NCBI GenBank assembly: GCA_039803745.1
Contig: JBDRZD010000048.1
Coordinates: 1 to 12,769 of the forward strand
From: a candidate division WOR-3 bacterium
Lineage (GTDB): Bacteria; Hydrothermota; Hydrothermia; Hydrothermales; Hydrothermaceae
Length of the DNA: 12,769 nt
Reading direction: 5' to 3'
The stretch's first letter is position 1. Every line of letters begins with the position of its first letter. Shown piece after piece: positions 7,466 to 12,769 of the stretch. Both the position numbers and the translations under genes were made by a program. Under the pieces are notes generated by a model, which was not told the origin of the DNA, ran no database searches, and saw only the letters and a list, made by a program, of their open reading frames with translations.

Positions 7466-8713
7466 TTATCCTCCTTCAGAAATTGCTGTTAATTCTCCTT
7501 CAGCAACAATTTCATCATTTACATAAGCCTTTCCATACATTTTACAAACTTTTCCTCCCCATCTTATTATTTCAACTTCCATTATTAAGGTGTCTCCCGG
7601 TAAAACAGGCTTTCTAAACTTTACATTGTTTATACCGGCAAAATAAAAGAGTTTTTTTTCTTTTATTTTTTTTGATATTAATATTCCACCTGTTTGAGCA
7701 AGTGCCTCAACTATTAAAACACCGGGCATTATAGGATTTTCAGGGAAATGACCCTGAAAGAAATTTTCATTAAATGTAACATTTTTTATTCCTACAATTC
7801 TATTTTCTTCAACAGAAAGTACTCTGTCAACAAGTAAAAATGGATATTTGTGGGGAAGCAATTTTAAAATTTCTTTAATTTCAATTTCATCTTTTACGAG
7901 ATACTTTTTAAGTTTTTTAATTGCCTCAACATGATGTCTGTGCCCTGTTCCAATTGCAACTATATGAAATGATAAGGGATAATTTAAAAGGGAAAAATCA
8001 CCGATTAAATCAAGTATTTTATGCCTTAAAAACTCATCAGGATAAGTGAGAATTTCTTTATTTATCCATTCACCATCTTTAAAAACAAGGACATTTTTTT
8101 CATCACCTCCTTTACCAAGTCCTCTTTTTCTAACTTCTTCAATTTCTTCATAAAATATAAATGTCTTTGCTTTTGATAATTCCTTCTCATAATTTTCAGG
8201 AGTAATATCTATACTTAAAAATCCCTCAAGCCCCTTTTCTTTTTTAAAAATATAAGTAACTTTAAAAATATCTGATGGTATGAATATTATTTCTTTATTC
8301 TCTTCAAAGGAAAGACTAACAGGATTTTTTAACTTGAATGGTTCAATCTCACCGAGTTCTTCAACACCTACTTTTTTAATTTCTGAAACAAATTCATGCG
8401 CGGATGTATCAAAACAGGGAATTTCGTCTCCTTCAATTATTATATCACAATAAATATTGTAAAAGCCATGAAGGGCCGAAAGAAGATGTTCAAGGGTAAA
8501 AACAATTTTATCATCTTTTTTAAAAGCAATGCATCTATAGGAGGTTTCAACGTTTTGAAGAGAAAAAGGAATCTCAATTTCCTTCCCCTTTTCTATTAAA
8601 AAAATTCTTCTACCAATTTCTCTTTTTGGTCTTAAAATAACTTTATTTTCTTTACCCTTATGAAGTCCAATTCCCTTAAAGATTATCTCATTTTTTAAGG
8701 TATAAACTTTCAT
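7466..8713 (-). CDS. lpxC/fabZ: Bifunctional UDP-3-O-acyl-GlcNAc deacetylase / 3-hydroxyacyl-ACP dehydratase (LpxC-FabZ fusion)
   Basis: LpxC motifs GIGLHKG, TLEHLLSAL and RHKILDLIGD are followed in frame by FabZ motifs LPHKYPFLLVD and FFQGHFP…MPGVLIVEALAQ. Start moved from 8776 to ATG 8713, which has GGAGG upstream and matches the usual LpxC N-terminus. Confidence 0.93.
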   Translation of the reverse strand: MKVYTLKNEIIFKGIGLHKGKENKVILRPKREIGRRIFLIEKGKEIEIPFSLQNVETSYRCIAFKKDDKIVFTLEHLLSALHGFYNIYCDIIIEGDEIPCFDTSAHEFVSEIKKVGVEELGEIEPFKLKNPVSLSFEENKEIIFIPSDIFKVTYIFKKEKGLEGFLSIDITPENYEKELSKAKTFIFYEEIEEVRKRGLGKGGDEKNVLVFKDGEWINKEILTYPDEFLRHKILDLIGDFSLLNYPLSFHIVAIGTGHRHHVEAIKKLKKYLVKDEIEIKEILKLLPHKYPFLLVDRVLSVEENRIVGIKNVTFNENFFQGHFPENPIMPGVLIVEALAQTGGILISKKIKEKKLFYFAGINNVKFRKPVLPGDTLIMEVEIIRWGGKVCKMYGKAYVNDEIVAEGELTAISEGG

Positions 8714-9608
8714 TTTTCCTCCAAAAAACTTCATAAAAAACTTTTGCAGTATTAAAATGGATATCAACAAGGTCATTTAAATTCCTTGAATATCCTCCCC
8801 CCAGTGTTATTGCAACAGGTATATTATTTTCTTTGCAAAATTCAGCAACTTTTTTATCTCTTTCAATGAGACCTTCTTTTGTTAACATTAAATTTCCAAG
8901 TTTATCCTCTTTATAAGGATCTGCTCCTGCTTGATATATACATAGATCAAAGGGTAAATTTTTCTCAATAATATTTAATGCATAATCCATTTTTTCAAGG
9001 TATAATTCATCCCCTGCAAAATCCGGTAAACCTATGTCAAGGTCGCTTTTTTCTTTCACAGGATAAAGATTTTGTTGATGAATTGAAAATGTGAAAACAT
9101 CTTTATCTCCTTGAAATATTCTTGCAGTTCCATTACCTTGATGTAAATCACAGTCAATTACAACTGCTCTTTTTATCCTTCCTTCTTTTTTTAATTTTAA
9201 AATTGCATAGGCAATATCATTTATATAACAGAATCCTTCTGCTTTATTTTTAAAAGCGTGATGAAATCCACCACCTATATGATAACATACCTTTTCATTT
9301 AAGGCAACTTCTGAAGCAATATAGGTGCCTGAAGAGGCAAGCATAAACATCTCAACAATTTCTTTTGTAAGTGGAAGTTCTGAATAGATTGTTCTTTCTG
9401 TCCATCTTAAATTCTTCAAATCATCAAGATATTCTTTATCAAGCAGGATTAATAAATCATTTTCTTTTGGTAAATAAGGAGACACAAAGTCTTCCTCTTT
9501 CCCGATGCCTTCTTTTAGTATCTTTTCCTTTATTAATTTATATTTTATTGTTGGAAATACATGGATTCCGAAATCAACTAAATATTTTTCTGAATAAACA
9601 AATTTCAT
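8688..9608 (-). CDS. Histone deacetylase-family Zn-dependent deac(et)ylase (class IV/HDAC11-like by motif pattern)
   Basis: GGGFHHA, GFCYIND, IDCDLHQGNGT, FSIHQ, QAGADP…DKLG and LGGGYS motifs. Confidence 0.93.
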   Translation of the reverse strand: MKFVYSEKYLVDFGIHVFPTIKYKLIKEKILKEGIGKEEDFVSPYLPKENDLLILLDKEYLDDLKNLRWTERTIYSELPLTKEIVEMFMLASSGTYIASEVALNEKVCYHIGGGFHHAFKNKAEGFCYINDIAYAILKLKKEGRIKRAVVIDCDLHQGNGTARIFQGDKDVFTFSIHQQNLYPVKEKSDLDIGLPDFAGDELYLEKMDYALNIIEKNLPFDLCIYQAGADPYKEDKLGNLMLTKEGLIERDKKVAEFCKENNIPVAITLGGGYSRNLNDLVDIHFNTAKVFYEVFWRKNESLYLKK

Positions 9609-10177
9609 TTATAAATTCCTTTTTCTCTTATATATTTTTCAACCTCATCTCTTACAAAGAATTTTATTTCTTTCCCTTCTTTAATTCTTTTCCTTATTTC
9701 ACTTGACGATACTTCAATGCACCTGTTGTTCAAAAATCTAACTTCTTTTGAAAAAGGTAAATTACTGAAATCCTCTGTTTTTCTCTTTAAAACTGCTATT
9801 TTAACTTCTTTTAATATTTCCTCGGGTTTATACCATGTTGAAAATTTTATGAACTGGTCAGAGCCAATCAAGAACCAGAATTCATTTTCTTTATATCTTT
9901 TTTTAATCTCCTTTATAACAATTAAAGAAAAACTTTTTTCAAGATTTAGTTTTTTTTCTAAATCTATTGCTTTAAATTTATCAAAATTTTTAATTGAAAG
10001 TTCTACCATATGGAATCTTTCTTCAAAACTTGCATTTTCATTTCTATGGGGAGGGTTGAAACTTACTAAAAACCATATCTCATCAAGGGAGAGTTCTGTT
10101 AATGCATCTAAAGCAGTAAGAAGATGTCCTATATGAGGTGGATCAAAAAGGCCACCAAATATTCCTATTTTCTTCAT
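9605..10177 (-). CDS. nadD: Nicotinate-nucleotide adenylyltransferase
   Basis: IGIFGGLFDPPHIGH, PPH, LIGSD…W and VSSSEIR motifs. Confidence 0.95.
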   Translation of the reverse strand: MKKIGIFGGLFDPPHIGHLLTALDALTELSLDEIWFLVSFNPPHRNENASFEERFHMVELSIKNFDKFKAIDLEKKLNLEKSFSLIVIKEIKKRYKENEFWFLIGSDQFIKFSTWYKPEEILKEVKIAVLKRKTEDFSNLPFSKEVRFLNNRCIEVSSSEIRKRIKEGKEIKFFVRDEVEKYIREKGIYK

Positions 10178-10803
10178 TTTCTATCTTCAAAGATCTTACT
10201 TGCCTTTTTATAAATCTCAAGGTCAGAATACTCTTCTTTTAATATTTGAAAATAAATCTTCGCAGATTCTTTTTTCCCCATTTTTAAATAAAGATTCATT
10301 GTATTAAACAATTTTTTTGCAATCTTTTCCCTGCATTTCTTAATAATATCTTCTGTTTCCTTTTTAAATTTCGATTCAGGATAATTTTTTATAAAATTGT
10401 TTGCATTTCTAATAATTTCATAAGTTTTCTCCTGGTCAAGTTCTTCATTGGGTAATTGTGAAAATTCTATCTTTATCATCATGAACTCGCTTTCTTCCCT
10501 ATATTCACTCTGGGGGAAGTGGTCCTTTAAAAACTTGAATTCCATGAAACTTTGCTCATAATCTTTTATCTTATAATAACACATTGCCAGATAAAATTGG
10601 GCATCATCTGTATTCTCTGAAATTTCTTTTGCATATATTACTTTTTTAAATCCCTCAATTGCTTGTTTATATTTTCTTTTATTATAGAATTCGATACTTT
10701 TTTTAAAAATTTCTTCTATATTTCCATTTCCTTTAAATAATTCTTTTTTTGCACATAATAAAAAAATAAAAAATAAAGAAAAAAATAAAATTTTGCCTTT
10801 CAT
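10174..10803 (-). CDS. bamD: Outer membrane protein assembly factor BamD (TPR lipoprotein)
   Basis: Signal peptide ending in Cys17, TPR-like helices, LDQEKT and YPESKF…KIAKK…LYLK…SAKIYF…Y pattern of BamD/ComL. Confidence 0.82.
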   Translation of the reverse strand: MKGKILFFSLFFIFLLCAKKELFKGNGNIEEIFKKSIEFYNKRKYKQAIEGFKKVIYAKEISENTDDAQFYLAMCYYKIKDYEQSFMEFKFLKDHFPQSEYREESEFMMIKIEFSQLPNEELDQEKTYEIIRNANNFIKNYPESKFKKETEDIIKKCREKIAKKLFNTMNLYLKMGKKESAKIYFQILKEEYSDLEIYKKASKIFEDRK

Positions 10804-10804
10804 T

Positions 10805-11962
10805 TTATAGTTTGGATATTTTATCCTTTATTTTATAGATTAAAACTTCTATACGTTGCAATCCTTCCCTTATCTTACCCATTAATTCTTTTACCTCTTC
10901 TTTAAATTTTTCCTCTTCTGGTCTTAAGTCAGCAAATTTTTCTCTTATCTCTGAAAATGTTTCTTCATAATTTTTTATTAATAAATCCATATCATTTTTT
11001 ATAAGTGTAACATTTTCCCTTATTTTTGAATATTTTTCCTTTAATTCTTCCATTTTTTTATCGCATATCTTTTCATATTCTTTTTCAAAATATATGAGTT
11101 TTTTTTCAAGTTCTTCTTTTTTAAAATATATATCCATTATATACTCATTCATTTCTTTCATACACAATGGTAAAAAATTTTTTCTTTCTTTTACCCTTTT
11201 TATATTTTCTTCTATCTTTAATAAAATTTCACGCATTGATGCAAGTGGTTTGGAGATATAATCATCTGCCCCTTTTTTTAAAAGGTGTACAGCAAGATCT
11301 TCTGAACCATAAGAAGTTATTATTATAACTGGAATTTCTGGATATTTTTCTTTTATCCTTTTTAACATTTCAATTCCATCTGTATCAGGAAGAATATAAT
11401 CAAGTAAAATTAAATCAGGTCTAAATTCTTTTATTTTTTCAATTCCTTCCCCCCCTCTTGTTGTATACTCTAAGGTATAATTATTTTCCTCAAGTATTCT
11501 TTTTAAAATTACTGCAGTATCAATATCGTCCTCAATTAAAAGTATTTTACCCTTTTTTTCTTCTTCTTTTTCTTCTCCAGTAAGTTCTTTTATTTTTTCA
11601 AAGATAGTCTGTGGTGGAGTTCCTTTTTGAAAATAAGCATCTATTTTAACAGGGTAAAATCTTCCTCTTAAAATAACACCTTTTTTAATTTCATCCTCTT
11701 TGAAATATAGAATTGTATGGATTATAAAAGGAATTTTTTCAGTTTTTTGATTTATTTTACATTCCCTTATAATTTCCACACCAAGTTTTTTTGGCAAAAG
11801 TATCTCCAGTATTACACAATCCGGTATAATTTTAAATATATTGTCTATGCCTTCTTCTCCATCAAAAGAATGATAAACTTTACATCCTTTTTCTTCTAAA
11901 AATTTTCCAATTAATTCGTGAATCTCTTCACTTTCATCTATTAAAAGAATTTTTTTCTCCAT
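10805..11962 (-). CDS. Response regulator with two receiver domains (first atypical) and a C-terminal coiled coil
   Basis: REC1: KILLIDE…PDCVILEILLP…HT…FQK. REC2: KILLIEDD…PDLILLDYILP…ITS…GADDYISKP. The tail is K/E-rich and heptad-like. Start moved to ATG 11962 because the 12013 start lies inside the tRNA. Confidence 0.88.
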   Translation of the reverse strand: MEKKILLIDESEEIHELIGKFLEEKGCKVYHSFDGEEGIDNIFKIIPDCVILEILLPKKLGVEIIRECKINQKTEKIPFIIHTILYFKEDEIKKGVILRGRFYPVKIDAYFQKGTPPQTIFEKIKELTGEEKEEEKKGKILLIEDDIDTAVILKRILEENNYTLEYTTRGGEGIEKIKEFRPDLILLDYILPDTDGIEMLKRIKEKYPEIPVIIITSYGSEDLAVHLLKKGADDYISKPLASMREILLKIEENIKRVKERKNFLPLCMKEMNEYIMDIYFKKEELEKKLIYFEKEYEKICDKKMEELKEKYSKIRENVTLIKNDMDLLIKNYEETFSEIREKFADLRPEEEKFKEEVKELMGKIREGLQRIEVLIYKIKDKISKL

Positions 11963-11974
11963 AATTTCTTTTAA

Positions 11975-12046
11975 CTGGGGCGCGAGGATTCGAACCTCGA
12001 CTGTGGGATCCAAAATCCCATGTCCTGCCGGTTAGACGACGCCCCA
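11975..12046 (-). tRNA. tRNA-Gln (anticodon UUG), CCA not encoded
   Basis: TGGGGCG/CGCCCCA acceptor stem with U1-A72 and G73; D arm GTCT-AACCGGCA-GGAC; anticodon arm TGGGA-TTTTGGA-TCCCA; T arm CGAGG-TTCGAAT-CCTCG; 72 nt. Confidence 0.97.
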
Positions 12047-12769
12047 GTTCAAACTCTTTGTCCAAAAAATTTTTCCAAAACCAAAATTAAAATTTTCTTC
12101 AATTCTTTTTTCAAAATAAGCCCATAAACTTGAACCACTACCTGCAAGCATCACTTTTTTTGCACCTTTTGATATTAATAAGTCTTTTATTTTAACAAAA
12201 AATGGATAATATTTAAAAATCACTTTTTCAAAATCATTTTCTATCTCTTTTATAAATTCCTCATACTTTTTTTCTTCAAGATATTTTAAAACATTATAAA
12301 ATTTTTCTTCTTTCTTTTTAATCATTTCTTCATCTTCATAAATTTTATCAATTTCTGAATATGCCCATGCACTATTTATTTCAAAACCTGGATAAAATAT
12401 GAAAAAATTCCCTTTAAAGTCCGTTGAAATATTTTCTAAGATATCTCCTCTTCCTTCTCCCTTCATTGTTCCATAATCTAAAAAATAAGGAACATCACTT
12501 CCTATTTTTTTTGCTATGTTATACATTTCTTCGTTTGTTAAATTTAAAAGATAGATTTCATTTAGCGCTTTTAAAATAGATGCTGCATCTGAGGAACCTC
12601 CTCCAAGCCCTCCACCTATTGGTATGTTTTTCTTTATATATATTTCTGCTCCATAGAATTTATTTTTATATTTTGATAATTCTTCAAGAACTTTAATTGC
12701 AATATTTTTATCTCCTTCGGGTCCTTCATCACATTTTATTTTAACAAGTTCTGACTTATTTATTTCTAT
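12032..12769 (-). CDS. ispE: 4-diphosphocytidyl-2-C-methyl-D-erythritol kinase, 5'-partial at the window edge
   Basis: The frame is open from the window edge through KNIPIGGGLGGGSSDAA (GHMP motif), IGSDVPYF, GEGRGD, ENDFE and AGSGSS. The ORF-track ORF 12032-12526 is only its C-terminal part. Confidence 0.95.
   Translation of the reverse strand: MEINKSELVKIKCDEGPEGDKNIAIKVLEELSKYKNKFYGAEIYIKKNIPIGGGLGGGSSDAASILKALNEIYLLNLTNEEMYNIAKKIGSDVPYFLDYGTMKGEGRGDILENISTDFKGNFFIFYPGFEINSAWAYSEIDKIYEDEEMIKKKEEKFYNVLKYLEEKKYEEFIKEIENDFEKVIFKYYPFFVKIKDLLISKGAKKVMLAGSGSSLWAYFEKRIEENFNFGFGKIFWTKSLNWGVV

Noticed and set aside
7466..8713. LpxC-FabZ fusion as a novelty
   Set aside because: It is an established architecture in Bacteroidota/Chlorobiota and related lineages; useful only as a taxonomic hint.
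8714..8776. N-terminal extension of LpxC-FabZ to 8776
   Set aside because: It lies deep in the HDAC gene; ATG 8713 has a GGAGG site and matches the LpxC N-terminus.
1143..11899. Short antisense ORFs in the track (1143-1439, 5417-5608, 6285-6512, 6356-6553, 6630-6821, 7034-7387, 7381-7617, 8396-8599, 9371-9706, 9717-10136, 11717-11899)
   Set aside because: All lie opposite well-supported genes, have shadow-like composition and show no recognisable motifs.
11963..12013. Response regulator start at 12013
   Set aside because: It falls inside the tRNA; the receiver domain begins at ATG 11962.
11975..12046. tRNA-Gln as an integration site for an island or prophage
   Set aside because: No integrase and no duplicated tRNA 3' end seen; the downstream genes are core housekeeping genes of similar composition.
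1..12769. CRISPR arrays, tandem repeats, IS ends, riboswitches
   Set aside because: Almost no intergenic space (largest gap about 59 bp) and no repeated units seen by eye; A/T runs reflect Lys/Phe codons.

Overview
Gene-dense, low-GC chromosomal window from a diderm bacterium (lipid A genes, BamD, LpxC-FabZ fusion). The Lys/Glu-rich proteins suggest a thermophile, possibly FCB/WOR-3-like (inference only). There are three blocks. (1) Minus strand: a plsY-like acyltransferase and a MGDG-synthase/UgtP-like glycosyltransferase that runs off the left edge. (2) Plus strand: a membrane-anchored hypothetical gene with an apparent frameshift, then a SagB/ThcOx-type nitroreductase and polA. (3) A long, tightly coupled minus-strand run: ispE (partial) - tRNA-Gln(UUG) - dual-receiver response regulator - bamD - nadD - HDAC-family deacetylase - lpxC/fabZ - lpxA - carbamate kinase, converging on polA. 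I see no mobile element, CRISPR array or defence system. The most notable signals are three promoters of the form TTGAAA-N17/18-TANAAT-N6-ATG (predicted leaderless mRNAs, two of them sharing a palindromic core), a PlsY paralogue with altered catalytic motifs coupled to a glycolipid synthase, and an ispE stop codon lying inside tRNA-Gln.
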